A stretch of 63,166 nt of DNA, filler included, from an uncultured Methanoregulaceae archaeon (GTDB taxonomy: Archaea; Halobacteriota; Methanomicrobia; Methanomicrobiales; Methanospirillaceae), in assembly GCA_964530035.1 (NCBI GenBank). It is 9 parts of 9 records of this genome, joined end to end, with 100 filler letters (N's around TTAATTAATTAA, not from the genome) between each part and the next. Parts side by side here need not be neighbours in the genome. Positions count along the whole stretch, not along the records: positions 14,643 to 21,759 come from CAZGXZ010000140.1; positions 21,860 to 28,954 come from CAZGXZ010000141.1; positions 29,055 to 35,934 come from CAZGXZ010000143.1; 6 more parts are not named here. One strand, written 5' to 3'. The position numbers were made by a program, and so were the translations under genes. Shown one piece after another: positions 19,463 to 30,305 of this stretch (positions are counted from its first letter, which is position 1; every line of letters starts with the position of its first letter). The notes below the pieces were generated by a model that was not told the origin of the DNA, made no database searches, and worked only from the letters and a program-made list of their open reading frames with translations.

Positions 19463-20760
19463 GAAAAGCGGGTCACCCCGTCCGGAGAAATCCTTGCCAT
19501 CCGTTTCAAACGTTCAGGTGAACATATCTCTGAAGGGACTCCGAGATGGAAACGCTTCCCGGATCTCCGGGCTGTCCGGGCTGTCACTTCGATGTGGCTC
19601 ATATCGCCCTCTGCCAGTGAAAAGAGGATAGTCTCCCCCCCCTCTTCAAGAGCAAGGAGCCGTTCTATCGTTGATTCGAAGGCTGGAGTTGCGTGAACTC
19701 CTGAAAAATCAGAGAGTACCTCGGGAAGACACACCTTTCCGGCGACCGTTGGTGACTGCTGATGGTCCTGGCCAAGGTACTGGATCGCCCGCAGTCGTGC
19801 AGGGTCAGGCCAGCGGTATGCATGGACGAGCCGGGGCCGCCATGCTGCCTTCAGGCGATCTTCAATTGCCTGTGGAGGAGTCCCGGCAGGGATATAATCA
19901 AGGAGATTTGCGCCGGAGATGACCGCGACCGGGGGGGAGAGATGCCTGCGCCTGACCTCGTGGACATAGGCGGTCACCGCTCCTGTTATCCGGTTAAGCC
20001 CTTTCTCATCGGTTCCATGGTGGTTATCCGGCAGGTCGCAGATTACGAGGGGCGGGAGCGGTATTGTACCCGAATACTCCCGTATCATGAGATTTCCTGT
20101 TTTTGCAGAAAGTTTCCAGTCTATATGCCTGTAATCGTCTCCCGGGATGTAACTACGGTAGTTCCTTATCCCAAGGCCACGCAGGAAACTTATACGCTCA
20201 TGTTCGCGGCTGTTCATGGCATCGACGTTTTTTCCTGAGTGCCTGAACAGGGAAACCGGCTCAACACGGAGCGGCGGGCTGCCTTCCGGACCTGTTCCGA
20301 CGATGAACCGCCGGAAAAAAAACGTGTCGGATACATCGACTACGCAACCGGGAAACGTCACCGTACCGCCCTGGTACAGGGTGAGGTCGTATGATAACGT
20401 GGCTTCATGATGTTCCGGGGTATCAAAATGGCAGGATAAAGGACCGCTCCTTACAAATGACCCGGAGGGAAGCCGTTCCTGTACAGTTGCCTCCGTTTCC
20501 CGCGGGAGACGCAGCCTGAACACGACGCCGACCCTGGCATCCTTCCCCTGACGTACGATCCGCTTGTCAGTTTTACGTGATATTGTCAGGGATTCAAGGG
20601 TCGCGGATGCCTTTTTTACAAACCACAATGCCTGGAATACCAGGTAGGAAGGGAGGAGCAGGCAGGCTGCCAGTGCGCCGGAATCATCAAAAATGACCGC
20701 ATATACGGCGAGTATAACGCTAAAGGCAAGGACCCCGCGGGTAAGCTCGGTCGGTCGCAC
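19459..20760 (-). CDS. DUF58 domain protein
   Basis: RSYIPGDDYRHIDWKLSAKTGNLMIREY motif; follows MoxR. Confidence 0.9.
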   Translation of the reverse strand: MRPTELTRGVLAFSVILAVYAVIFDDSGALAACLLLPSYLVFQALWFVKKASATLESLTISRKTDKRIVRQGKDARVGVVFRLRLPRETEATVQERLPSGSFVRSGPLSCHFDTPEHHEATLSYDLTLYQGGTVTFPGCVVDVSDTFFFRRFIVGTGPEGSPPLRVEPVSLFRHSGKNVDAMNSREHERISFLRGLGIRNYRSYIPGDDYRHIDWKLSAKTGNLMIREYSGTIPLPPLVICDLPDNHHGTDEKGLNRITGAVTAYVHEVRRRHLSPPVAVISGANLLDYIPAGTPPQAIEDRLKAAWRPRLVHAYRWPDPARLRAIQYLGQDHQQSPTVAGKVCLPEVLSDFSGVHATPAFESTIERLLALEEGGETILFSLAEGDMSHIEVTARTARRSGKRFHLGVPSEICSPERLKRMARISPDGVTRFS

Positions 20761-20763
20761 GGG

Positions 20764-21738
20764 TCAGGGCACCCCGGTTGTTTCAAGGATTCCCCTGATG
20801 ACCTGTTCCGTTGTGACCCCGCTGATCTGGGCCTCCTTTTCAAGCACGACCCTGTGGGAAAGCACCTTGTCAGCGAGCCATTTCACATCGTCGGGGACCA
20901 CGTAGCTCCTGCCGTCGAGGGCCGCCCGTACCTTTGAACCCCGTACAAAGGCGATCGAGGCACGCGATGAAGCCCCAAGGCGGATATCCCCGTGACGCCT
21001 AGTGGCCAGCACGATGTCCCTGATATAGGTCATGAGGGCCTCCTCCATGTGAACGTTTTTCAGAAGCCCGGAATAGTGACTGATGACCTCGTTGCTGATG
21101 ACAGGGCGGAGTTGTTCCCGGTAATCGTCCCAGTTCAGTGTCCCGTTCTGTTCCCGCCTGATGACCTCCAGCTCGCCGTCACCATCCATATGGCCAAGGA
21201 CGATGCTGAACATGAACCGGTCCTTTTCGGCCTCGATGAGGGGAAAGGTACCTTCGAACTCAAAGGGGTTCTGGGTTGCAAACACGATGAACGGGCTTGG
21301 AAGCGGGTGTGTTTCACCGTCAATCGTCGCCTGGTGTTCGCTCATCGCTTCTATGAACGCACCCTGTGTCTTTGGGGACAGGCGATTGATCTCATCTATC
21401 AACAGGAAATTCGTAAAAACCGGGCCTTTTTTCAGGATAAACTCCCTTGATCCCTGGTCGAAGATCCGTACCCCGATGATGTCGGCGGGCTGGCTGTCAA
21501 CAGCACACTGAAAACGCGAAAATGAAGATTCAGACAATAAAGCAAGCGTTTTAACGACCGTTGTCTTGGCTGTCCCGGGCAGGCCCTCAATGAGGATATG
21601 GCCTCCGGAAAGAAGTGCTATGACACCAAGTTCGATGAGATCCTCGTTTCCAACAATGAGATCTCCCATCCGGCCCCTGATCTCCCTGATAATCCCGGTG
21701 AGTGTAAAGATCTCATCTTTCAGCGCGGTTTCTTCCAT
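20764..21738 (-). CDS. MoxR family AAA+ ATPase
   Basis: GHILIEGLPGTAKT, LLIDEINR, ATQNPFEFEGTFPL, DRF, GASSRAS. Confidence 0.95.
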   Translation of the reverse strand: MEETALKDEIFTLTGIIREIRGRMGDLIVGNEDLIELGVIALLSGGHILIEGLPGTAKTTVVKTLALLSESSFSRFQCAVDSQPADIIGVRIFDQGSREFILKKGPVFTNFLLIDEINRLSPKTQGAFIEAMSEHQATIDGETHPLPSPFIVFATQNPFEFEGTFPLIEAEKDRFMFSIVLGHMDGDGELEVIRREQNGTLNWDDYREQLRPVISNEVISHYSGLLKNVHMEEALMTYIRDIVLATRRHGDIRLGASSRASIAFVRGSKVRAALDGRSYVVPDDVKWLADKVLSHRVVLEKEAQISGVTTEQVIRGILETTGVP

Positions 21739-21859
21739 GGTTCCCCATACCGTTCCGGCNNNNNNNNNNNNNNNNNNNNNNNNNNNNNNNNNNNNNNNNN
21801 NNNTTAATTAATTAANNNNNNNNNNNNNNNNNNNNNNNNNNNNNNNNNNNNNNNNNNNN

Positions 21860-22111
21860 TGCCGGGTCCGCCTGACGGTCGAAGATATCCTGCCCGTGAA
21901 AGGAAATAGTTCCAGCTGTGCGGCACCCGTTAACTAGGTCGTTCATACGGTTGAAACACCGGATGAGGGTCGATTTTCCGCACCCTGACGGACCGATGAG
22001 GGCGGTGACGGCCCTGTCCATGATCTCCATGGAGATGTCCCGGAGCGCCTGTGTCTCACCGTACCAGAGGCTAAGACCATGTACATTGAGAATTGGTGAC
22101 TGTTCTGGCAT
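21860..22111 (-). CDS. pstB: Phosphate ABC transporter ATPase (3' truncated)
   Basis: [24 protein letters not shown]. Confidence 0.93.
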
Positions 22112-22113
22112 TG

Positions 22114-24081
22114 TTACCACCTGTAGCATTTCTGGTAGTGGTTCCTGACGAAGATTGCAAGTGAATACAGGCCGATGACCAGGACCAGGAGCACGAGTGC
22201 GGTCCCATATTTCTGTTCATCGGCGCCGGGCACGTTGGTCGCGAGGATGTAGAGGTGATAGGGAAGGGCCATCACCGGGTCGAAAACGGATGTGGGCAGG
22301 AATCTCTGGCTGAAGACAACGGCGGTGAAAAGGATGGGTGCGGTCTCTCCGGCAGCCCTTCCGATCGAAAGGATGGTGCCGGTTATGATCCCGGGCACCG
22401 AGGGAGGGAGCACAACGCGCCGTATGGTTTGCCAGCGCGTAGCTCCAAGGGCAAAACTCCCCTCGCGGAGACCCTGGGGGACGGTTTTGAGCGATTCCTC
22501 GGTTGTCCTGATGATGGTGGGAAGGACCATCAGTGCCAGGGTGACCTGCCCTGCAAGGAGCGAGACCCCGAAGTTGAGGTACATGACAAGGAATGCAAAG
22601 CCAAAAAGGCCGAATACGATGGAGGGCGTGCCATTCAGGAGGTCCGCCCCTGTCCTGACCAGCCGGGTCGTCCTGCCTTCGGTGGTATACTCGGTGAGGT
22701 AGATTGCCGCACCAATGCCGATGGGAAGGGCGATGAGGATCGCTCCGGCGACGAGGTACAGCGTACCGACAATCGCCGGGAATATCCCGCCCGACCTCCC
22801 AAGGTCGCTCGGGGGCTGTGTCAGGAATTCCCAGCTCATGGCGGGCAGGCCGTTCCTCACGATGTCGTAGATGATGATGGCAAGAATCCCGAGTACCACG
22901 ATAACCGCGGCCATGATGATGGACTTCATGATGGCCTGGGTGTGGCGGGCACTCAGTCGCGGTTTGAGGACCATCACCGCGATGCAAAGGGCTGCCACAA
23001 GGACCGCCGCTAGCGGCCCCAGGGCTGCGAGGAAAAAAAGGGCGACCAGGAGCGTCAGAATGACGGGTGCTGCCAGTACCGGCGGTTCTTTTAAGTATGA
23101 CAGGCTGGAGGGTTTTTTTCCCCTGGTACCTGCCCTCCGTGTTGCAGTCCCACCCATGTGTTTCTTCCTGATCCGGTCAAGTATGCGTGTAGCAAGGACG
23201 TTCACGGCAAGGGTGATGAGCAGGAGGATGACGGCGACTCCGAAGAGTGCATGGTAGTGGAGGCTCCCTATCGATACCTCGCCCATTTCAATGCCGATGG
23301 TCCCGGTCAGCGTACGCACCGGGGAGAGGACGTTCCAGATGGGTGACGGGACGATCGCCGCGTTCCCGGTGACCATGAGCACCGCCATGGTCTCGCCGAT
23401 TGCACGCCCCATGCCGAGAATGACTGCGGCGGTTATGCCCGAAAGTGCTGCCGGGACCGTCACTCTGCTGATCGTCTGCCAGTGGGTGGCGCCCACCGCG
23501 AGCGACCCCTCCCTGAACTCCCTGGGTACCGAGCTGATGGCGTCCTCGGAGACGCTGATGATGATTGGGAGTGCCATGATCCCGAGGAGGATCGACCCGG
23601 CAAGCCAGCACTCCCCGGTCGGGACATTGAAGGTGACCCGGAGCCAGTCCGTCAGCACGACCAGGCCGAAGAAGCCAAAGACGACCGAAGGGATCCCTGC
23701 AAGCAGCTCTATGGCCGGCTTGACCTGCTGTCTTACCCGTGGCGGTGCCATTTCAGCAAGGTAAATAGCGCTTGCTATCCCAAGAGGCACGGCGAGCAGC
23801 ATGGCCCCGAAGGTAACAAGGAGGGTCCCCACGATCAGCGGGTATATCCCGTATTCCGGCGGAGACCCTGTCGGGTCCCAGACAGGGCCGGTGAGAAACG
23901 GCACGATACCGATTTCGAGGAAAGCGGGATAGGCGTCATAAAAGAGAAATGCAAGGATGAAGAAGATCGTGACGACGGCAAAAATGGCACAGACAAACCA
24001 CGTTGCCCTGATGACATGTTCCCTGGCTTTAGCGGGGATACTTTGACTATCCTCTTCCATAATCATTTCAACTGGTGTCAT
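22114..24081 (-). CDS. pstC: Fused phosphate ABC permease PstC-PstA
   Basis: N-half [13 protein letters not shown]...[10 protein letters not shown] (PstC) and C-half [10 protein letters not shown]...[10 protein letters not shown] (PstA) in one 655-aa frame. Confidence 0.92.
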   Translation of the reverse strand: MTPVEMIMEEDSQSIPAKAREHVIRATWFVCAIFAVVTIFFILAFLFYDAYPAFLEIGIVPFLTGPVWDPTGSPPEYGIYPLIVGTLLVTFGAMLLAVPLGIASAIYLAEMAPPRVRQQVKPAIELLAGIPSVVFGFFGLVVLTDWLRVTFNVPTGECWLAGSILLGIMALPIIISVSEDAISSVPREFREGSLAVGATHWQTISRVTVPAALSGITAAVILGMGRAIGETMAVLMVTGNAAIVPSPIWNVLSPVRTLTGTIGIEMGEVSIGSLHYHALFGVAVILLLITLAVNVLATRILDRIRKKHMGGTATRRAGTRGKKPSSLSYLKEPPVLAAPVILTLLVALFFLAALGPLAAVLVAALCIAVMVLKPRLSARHTQAIMKSIIMAAVIVVLGILAIIIYDIVRNGLPAMSWEFLTQPPSDLGRSGGIFPAIVGTLYLVAGAILIALPIGIGAAIYLTEYTTEGRTTRLVRTGADLLNGTPSIVFGLFGFAFLVMYLNFGVSLLAGQVTLALMVLPTIIRTTEESLKTVPQGLREGSFALGATRWQTIRRVVLPPSVPGIITGTILSIGRAAGETAPILFTAVVFSQRFLPTSVFDPVMALPYHLYILATNVPGADEQKYGTALVLLVLVIGLYSLAIFVRNHYQKCYRW

Positions 24082-24134
24082 GACGGGAAATCACGGGCCT
24101 CCGGTGCGGGAATTAAAAAAGGGGGTGCAGCAGT

Positions 24135-25119
24135 TCAGGCGCTGACCGGGACGTATCCCTCGTCCTGGACCAGCTTCTGGCCCTCCGCACTTAAGACGTA
24201 ATCGATGAAGGTCTTTTCAATGGGAGAGGCCTGTCCCTTTGTCAGGAGATACAGGTCCCGCGATACCGGGTAGGCCTTGCTCTTCACGTTTGCAGCCGTC
24301 GGCTGGACTACGGTATTATTCACCTCTATTCCAACCTGTTTCACCGTGGTGTCGACAAAACCTATGCTCACGTACCCTATTGCGCCCGGGGTCTGGGCTA
24401 TGGTCTGTTTCACCGCTCCGTTCGAGTTCTTTTCGAGCTGGGTCGAGATATACTTCCTGTCCTTCATGATCGCCGACGTGAAAAACTCTCTCGTGCCCGA
24501 TGCACTGTCACGTCCGACCACGACGATCGGCTGGTCAGACCCGCCGATCTGCTTCCAGTTGTTGAACTGGCCTGAAAAAACGTCCTGGATGTCGGACAGC
24601 GACAGGCTGGCCACCGGGTTCGCCGGGTTGACGATGACCGCGATACCGTCCTGTGCAATCGTGATGGTCTGCAGCTGGGGATATTTCTTCAGCTCATCGG
24701 CCTTGATGTCACGCGAGGACATCCCGATATCGGCCGTCCCTTCACCCGCAGCCTGGACTCCGACTCCGGAACCGCCTCCGCTGACCTGGACATCGAGCTT
24801 GTCATTCTTTTTCATGAGCTCTTCGGCCGCCTTCTGGGCGATGGGGAGCACCGTGGTCGATCCGGTAATCGACAGCTTCTGGACCTGGCCCGTCCCGCCC
24901 TGGGGAGAGGTCGCTGCAGCTGTTGTTGTTGCAGGCTGGGTCGTTGCTACCGGGGATATCTGCGCCGGAGCCGTAGTTCCCGGGGCCGTGGTCGGAGATG
25001 CGGTGGTTGGCTGCAACGTCTGGGTTGCAGGTGGCTGTTGCCCTGTACAACCGCTCATCAGGACGCCCAGGCAGAGGAGCCCGGCGATGAGAGCGAAGAG
25101 AATGGGTCGTCTTTTTCAT
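24135..25119 (-). CDS. pstS: Phosphate-binding lipoprotein PstS (+1 frameshift right after the start codon)
   Basis: ITGSTTVLP, GGGSGVG, IGMSSR, GRDSASGT, YPVSRDLY. Signal RRPILFALIAGLLCLGVLMSGC is in frame with the body, but ATG 25119 is off by one A. Confidence 0.9.
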
Positions 25120-25259
25120 GTAGACCTGCTCTTTATCGAGCTGAGGTGAATATACTCATTCCCGCAGGATAGTATATGTAGATATATAATATACTGTGTA
25201 TACTATATCTCTATAGATAAACAAGTGATATCAAGGGATGAACAGGGGCAGTGAGAGCC
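25120..25259. promoter_or_regulatory. Divergent pstS/phoU promoter with TA-rich inverted repeats
   Basis: AGTATATGTAGATATATAATATACT and TATCT-CTAT-AGATA within a strongly AT-rich block between divergent starts. Confidence 0.55.
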
Positions 25260-26269
25260 ATGGAGATACGTAAGGTGCAGAAGACCGGGGGGTCAAGTTA
25301 TGTCATCACCCTCCCGAAGGAATGGATAGAAGCAGGAAACGTTAAAAAGAATGATCCTCTCGGGGTGGTTACCCAGCCAGACGGCACGCTCCTTATTACC
25401 CGTGATATCAGGGACGAATGCATCGTACGGGAGAAAAAAATTGATGTAACTCCGATATCCGACCCTGACTATCTCTTCCGCATCCTCGTCAGTTCATACA
25501 TTTCCGGCTTTACCATCCTTACGCTCACCTGCCGGGACCGTTTCCAGCCCTTTGTCAGGATGCGGGTCAGGGAGTTCACCGGCATGGCCATAGGACCCCA
25601 GGTGATAGAGGAGACGAGCAACACCATCGTGCTCAAGGACCTCCTCAACCCGGGTGAGATGCCGTTTGAGAATACGTTGAAACGGATGTTTGTTATCGTG
25701 AGGTCCATGCACGAGGACGCGATCACGGCACTCGAACTGGATGACGGGGCGTTAAGCAGCGACGTCATCCAGCGGGACAATGATGTCGACCGTCTTCACT
25801 GGCTCATAGCACGCCAGGCAAACATGATCCTGGCAAACGCCGCCCTTGCCGCAGGATGGGGGTTACTCCATCACTCGTGCTGCACTATTTCACGATCAGC
25901 CGGATCATCGAGCGGGTCGGAGACCATGCAGTCCGGATATGCGAGCATGTGGATAAGATCCGTTCGGTGGAGTTTGACCGGGGGATCCTTCCCGGGCTTC
26001 GCAAGATATCAAAGCATTCGGTCCGGATATTCGATAAAAGCCTTGCCTCCTTTTTTGCAGCAGACCTGAAGGAATCCAATATCAATATTGAGGAGGTTGA
26101 AAATCTTGAGGAAGAGTGTGAGGAGGTGGCCGGGCTTGTCCTCGGGAATGAGACAACCGTGGCGGTATCCTTGAGGAATATTGCCGAGAGCATCCGGCGG
26201 TCGGGCGAGTATGCGGGAGACATCTCTGAAACGGTGATGAACTACCTCGTCATGGCGAACAAGGACTGA
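25260..26269 (+). CDS. phoU: AbrB/PhoU phosphate uptake regulator (frameshift near 25848)
   Basis: MEIRKVQKTGGSSYVITLPKEW (AbrB) and RDNDVDRL; the second frame continues IERVGDHA...IRRSGEY. Adding one C to CTTGCCGCAGG joins the frames. Confidence 0.9.
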
Positions 26270-26405
26270 GTACCTGGAATGCATCCCTTTTCCTCCTGTT
26301 GCAGGGCGATGGGCTTTTTACCAGGAAATTCTTGAACAGGGAGAGCCCTGGTGCCAGGTTCACTGCTGACCACCGGGGGTAACCCGGAATGAAAGGCTTT
26401 GTCCA

Positions 26406-26834
26406 ATGGATTCCATATGGCTGTTCATGACCGGACCGGCCCCACAGGATCAGGGTGTACTGGAAGCAGACGACCGTAGTTTTGAAAGACTCGTGGAAAA
26501 ATCTGAATTGCCTGCAGTAGTCATGTTTTTCAGCCCTGCCTGCCCCTACTGCCGTTCCATGGAACCCTATTTTCGCCAGTACTCATCGGAGTTCAAGGGG
26601 AGGATGACCTTTGTACGGGTGAACACCGAAGGAGGTGCCTGGACCGCGGAACGGTACGGGGTCAGGTCGACACCGACGTTCAAGGTCTTCTGTTCAGGCC
26701 GCCCTGTATCCGAACTCGTAGGAGCAGTGTACCCCGCCATCCTGAAACGGGCGCTCGAGGAGGCACTTCTGCAGGGGAAGGAGTGCATCACGCACTCGAC
26801 CGCAATCGATTACGATATATCAGGTTATGGGTGA
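26406..26834 (+). CDS. Thioredoxin family protein (CPYC)
   Basis: FFSPACPYC, YGVRSTPTF. Start could be 26427. Confidence 0.88.
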   Translation: MDSIWLFMTGPAPQDQGVLEADDRSFERLVEKSELPAVVMFFSPACPYCRSMEPYFRQYSSEFKGRMTFVRVNTEGGAWTAERYGVRSTPTFKVFCSGRPVSELVGAVYPAILKRALEEALLQGKECITHSTAIDYDISGYG

Positions 26835-26940
26835 TCCTGGTGGAAACAGCCCTTGTTAAGGGATAGGAACCCCTGAGATCCTGTATGTATATATGAGTGG
26901 GACGTGACGTTGTTAGGATAAGAACAACAGGTGTGCACCC

Positions 26941-28254
26941 GTGGCGCCCACGCATATCGTGTACCTTGCCCTTGCCCTTCTCCTTGTCGCCGGGCCTGTG
27001 AATGCCGGGTCAAAGTACCTTATGGGCTCACCTGACCTTTCGGTTTCGATGGCGGGCGACAGGGAACTGGTCCCCGGAGAAGATACCGACCTGGTCCTTA
27101 TCATAGAAAATGCCGGCATGAACGAGGTCAAGATTTCCCAGAATGCAATCGCAAACCGTGATGATGAGCCAAATACCGCCAAACTGGTAACCATCGCCCT
27201 GGAACCCGGCTCAACCCCGTTCACGGTGAAGACAGATCCCCAGATGATCGGGGATATTCCGGGGGGGGCACGCGTGGAGGTTCCATTCCATATAAAGGTG
27301 AAAAATGACGCACCTTCCGGGATCTATCAGGTCCCGGTCAATATTTCGTATACCACTCTCCTGTCGGTCGACCAGAACGGTGTCGACAGCCTCCTGTATT
27401 CCTATCGCCGCGTCAGCCAGACCCTCATGCTCCCGGTGACACTGACCGGATCAGTCCGACTGCTGGCCCTCTCGGTATCCCCTGACCAGGTGAGTGCCGG
27501 TAATTATGGCTATATCTCCGTCACCGCGATGAATGCCGGGTATGAGACCGGAAAAAATACAATCCTCACTATCCACCGGCATGGAGAAAGTCCGGTTATT
27601 CCTGCGGAAGGAAGCGTGTTTATCGGGGATTTCCCCCCCGGGGCCATCGTCCAGTCGCGTTTTAAAATCAACGCGGACCGGTCGGCAGAGGGAGCCGATT
27701 ATCCTCTGGATATAACCGCAGAATATACGGACGAACACGGGTTCAGCAGGAGTTCTGAGCCGGTCACCATTGGCGTTCCGGTACAGGCAAAAACGGATTT
27801 TACCCCAGTATCCGGACCCAGTGAGCTGTTTGCCGGGGATAGAAGGCAGATTGAGGTCGTCTTTGAGAACCATGGGGGCTCACCTGCGTACGGTGCCCAG
27901 GCGAGGATTAGTGCCGTGGACCCGTTTTCAAGTCCCGGCGACATCTCATACCTCGGTGACCTCTCACCGGGCCAGAAGGCCGTGGCACAGTTCGAGCTGG
28001 TCGTTGAAAAGGGTGCCACAAGCAAGGAGTATGGCCTTGACGCAGAAATCCGGTACAAGGACGGGCTGAACAACAGTCATATCTCCGATCCCATGAAGGT
28101 CCGGGTCTCCGTTGTCCCGAGGACAGGTATCAATGCCGTTATCTCGAACCCCATCCTCATGAGCATCATTATCGCCATTCTCATAGGAATTGCGTATTAT
28201 CTGTTTATTCACCGCAAGGGGGCACATAAAACCGACCACTCCGGCCAGGAATGA
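26941..28254 (+). CDS. COG1361 S-layer-domain family protein
   Basis: Signal peptide, repeated IGD(I/F/L)xPG beta modules and a C-terminal TM plus basic tail; paralog of 52887-54203. Confidence 0.85.
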   Translation: MAPTHIVYLALALLLVAGPVNAGSKYLMGSPDLSVSMAGDRELVPGEDTDLVLIIENAGMNEVKISQNAIANRDDEPNTAKLVTIALEPGSTPFTVKTDPQMIGDIPGGARVEVPFHIKVKNDAPSGIYQVPVNISYTTLLSVDQNGVDSLLYSYRRVSQTLMLPVTLTGSVRLLALSVSPDQVSAGNYGYISVTAMNAGYETGKNTILTIHRHGESPVIPAEGSVFIGDFPPGAIVQSRFKINADRSAEGADYPLDITAEYTDEHGFSRSSEPVTIGVPVQAKTDFTPVSGPSELFAGDRRQIEVVFENHGGSPAYGAQARISAVDPFSSPGDISYLGDLSPGQKAVAQFELVVEKGATSKEYGLDAEIRYKDGLNNSHISDPMKVRVSVVPRTGINAVISNPILMSIIIAILIGIAYYLFIHRKGAHKTDHSGQE

Positions 28255-28400
28255 TACACTCACGCTGAAAACGAATAAATTAAAGGGAGCCTTTTGGTTA
28301 TCCTGAAAAACCCTGGTCAGGTACATGGCCAAAGCCCTGGCAAACCCTGATCCCCTGGTAGCATTCAAGGGGTCAAGGGGACTGGAGAATGGTCTGTTCT

Positions 28401-28706
28401 CTACTTGCTTTGACCGAGGTAACGGAAGGAAAAGTGCATCTTCACTTTTCCTGATGCAAATGACCGCTCCGAGTAACTGACCAGTTTTCCACCCTCGCGT
28501 ATGGAGGCACCCGCACCGACACTGAAGGTGCCAAGAGCATATTCATTGGAACCTGTTCCATCAGTAAAATATCCTATCCTGGGAGCTTCCGTGATCTTTT
28601 TTGTGAGTGGCGAGGTGAAGGTTGCTGCACCTGTCACAACTCCGCAGGTCACGACCAGGACCCCCAAAAGGAAGATGACAGAGATGTACCTCATGTTCCC
28701 CTTCAT
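28401..28706 (-). CDS. Small secreted hypothetical protein
   Basis: Signal-like N-terminus MRYISVIFLLGVLVVTC; AT-rich region upstream. Confidence 0.6.
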   Translation of the reverse strand: MKGNMRYISVIFLLGVLVVTCGVVTGAATFTSPLTKKITEAPRIGYFTDGTGSNEYALGTFSVGAGASIREGGKLVSYSERSFASGKVKMHFSFRYLGQSK

Positions 28707-29054
28707 GGACGATCAGTCGTTCTATATGACCTCAGATACTAAAAACTTTCTATATCTCTACCTTTTAGAAGTCATTTCCGCCTTACCGGGGTTTTAAAGG
28801 CTCTTCGGTATGCAGCTGTCATACCCGCAAGAATCAAATAATGGGAAGTCGTTACCACGCAGTATACCTGTTTTTTTTATGGAGAGGATGTTGAGTGCCA
28901 TGCCGGAAGTGTCAAAGACCGAGGTGGGCAGGAGGTTGTTCCAGGTCCACAAGGNNNNNNNNNNNNNNNNNNNNNNNNNNNNNNNNNNNNNNNNNNNNTT
29001 AATTAATTAANNNNNNNNNNNNNNNNNNNNNNNNNNNNNNNNNNNNNNNNNNNN

Positions 29055-29355
29055 GTTCGGGAAGCTTCCTGAACTCTTCAGGGTGGTCTTTTGAAAGCCA
29101 TTCCACGAAGGGAGGAAAAAGAGCCCTGTCCCCCTTTTTTTCCTCCTCGATCCGCCACCTGAGGTACTCCCCTGCCATGAGGTTCTTCGGGGACTGGTAG
29201 TTGAAGCCGAGAACACCGGCGGTATAGTCAATATGGGCGATGGCATCAAGGAAATAAAACCACAGGACCGGGTGGAACTGTGTCGTATCATGCAGGATAA
29301 GGGACTTTGAGTAGAGGAACTCCAGGGCGTGGAAATACTCGCGGTTATCACTCAT
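29055..29355 (-). CDS. Hypothetical protein (3' truncated)
   Basis: Protein-like ORF downstream of moaA, open to the gap. Confidence 0.7.
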
Positions 29356-29426
29356 GCATTAATTTCAGGAGACGGATCGGATATAGTGATTGATCCTGCC
29401 ATGCATATGGTCTCATAGTTCAAAAA

Positions 29427-30305
29427 TCAGTTGTAGTATGGTTTTCGCTGGCTGACGGCCTGAATGAACAAGTCCTCGAGATCCTTTCCGCTGCGCCCCC
29501 TGATATCAACATGGTTGTCGGTGCGGAGCAGGCATGGCTTGAGTTTTCCGTCCGAAGTAACCCGTATCCTGTTACAGGACGAACAGAATTCCGTGTTATG
29601 GAGCGGTCTTACTATCTCCACCTCGGCCCCGTCAAGGCAGAACTTCTTGCGGTGGTGCATCCTCCTGGTGATGATAAGCGTGGAACGGGCCTCGAGGTCA
29701 GTCTGGAGGTTGTTTAAGCCGAAATGATGACCGCAGTTGGCAGAGGGCATAAGTTCGATCAGCTGGAGGACGAGGCCCCTGTTTCCCCTTACAAATGACA
29801 GGAAATCCTCGATTTCCCCGTCATTTATCCCCTTCAGGACGACGACGTTCAGCTTGACCGGTATCAAGCCTGCATCGAGGGCGGACTGTATCCCAAGGCA
29901 GGCTTCATGGAGCCTGTCGCAGCCTGATATTTTCTCGTAAACCTCGCGCTTCAGGCTGTCAATACTGATATTGACCCTCGAAAGACCGGCTTCCTTTAAT
30001 TCCCGGGCCATTGATGCAAGGAGGGTGCCATTCGTGGTCATCGATGATTCCATTCCCTGAGGCACGGACCTGACGATCTCCACGAGATCCTGCCGCAGGG
30101 TAGGCTCACCCCCGGTGAACTTAACGCTGCGTATGTTGAATGAGGCGGCGACCCTCAAAATTTCTGCAATTTCATCGACACTCATCTCACCTTTTGGTTT
30201 TTTTTCGCCCTCCCTGTGGCAGTACATGCAGTTCAGGTTGCACCGGGCGGTCAGGCTTATCCTGATGTTGGTTACGGGCCTTCCGGCGGGATCAATGAGT
30301 GTCAT
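29427..30305 (-). CDS. moaA: GTP 3',8-cyclase
   Basis: RISLTARCNLNCMYCH, FTGGEP, FCSSCNRIRVTSDGKLKPCL. Confidence 0.96.
   Translation of the reverse strand: MTLIDPAGRPVTNIRISLTARCNLNCMYCHREGEKKPKGEMSVDEIAEILRVAASFNIRSVKFTGGEPTLRQDLVEIVRSVPQGMESSMTTNGTLLASMARELKEAGLSRVNISIDSLKREVYEKISGCDRLHEACLGIQSALDAGLIPVKLNVVVLKGINDGEIEDFLSFVRGNRGLVLQLIELMPSANCGHHFGLNNLQTDLEARSTLIITRRMHHRKKFCLDGAEVEIVRPLHNTEFCSSCNRIRVTSDGKLKPCLLRTDNHVDIRGRSGKDLEDLFIQAVSQRKPYYN

Noticed and set aside
28879..29355. Joining the partial ORFs on either side of the 28955 spacer
   Set aside because: Opposite strands and unlinked contigs; the 25-codon fragment is too short to call.
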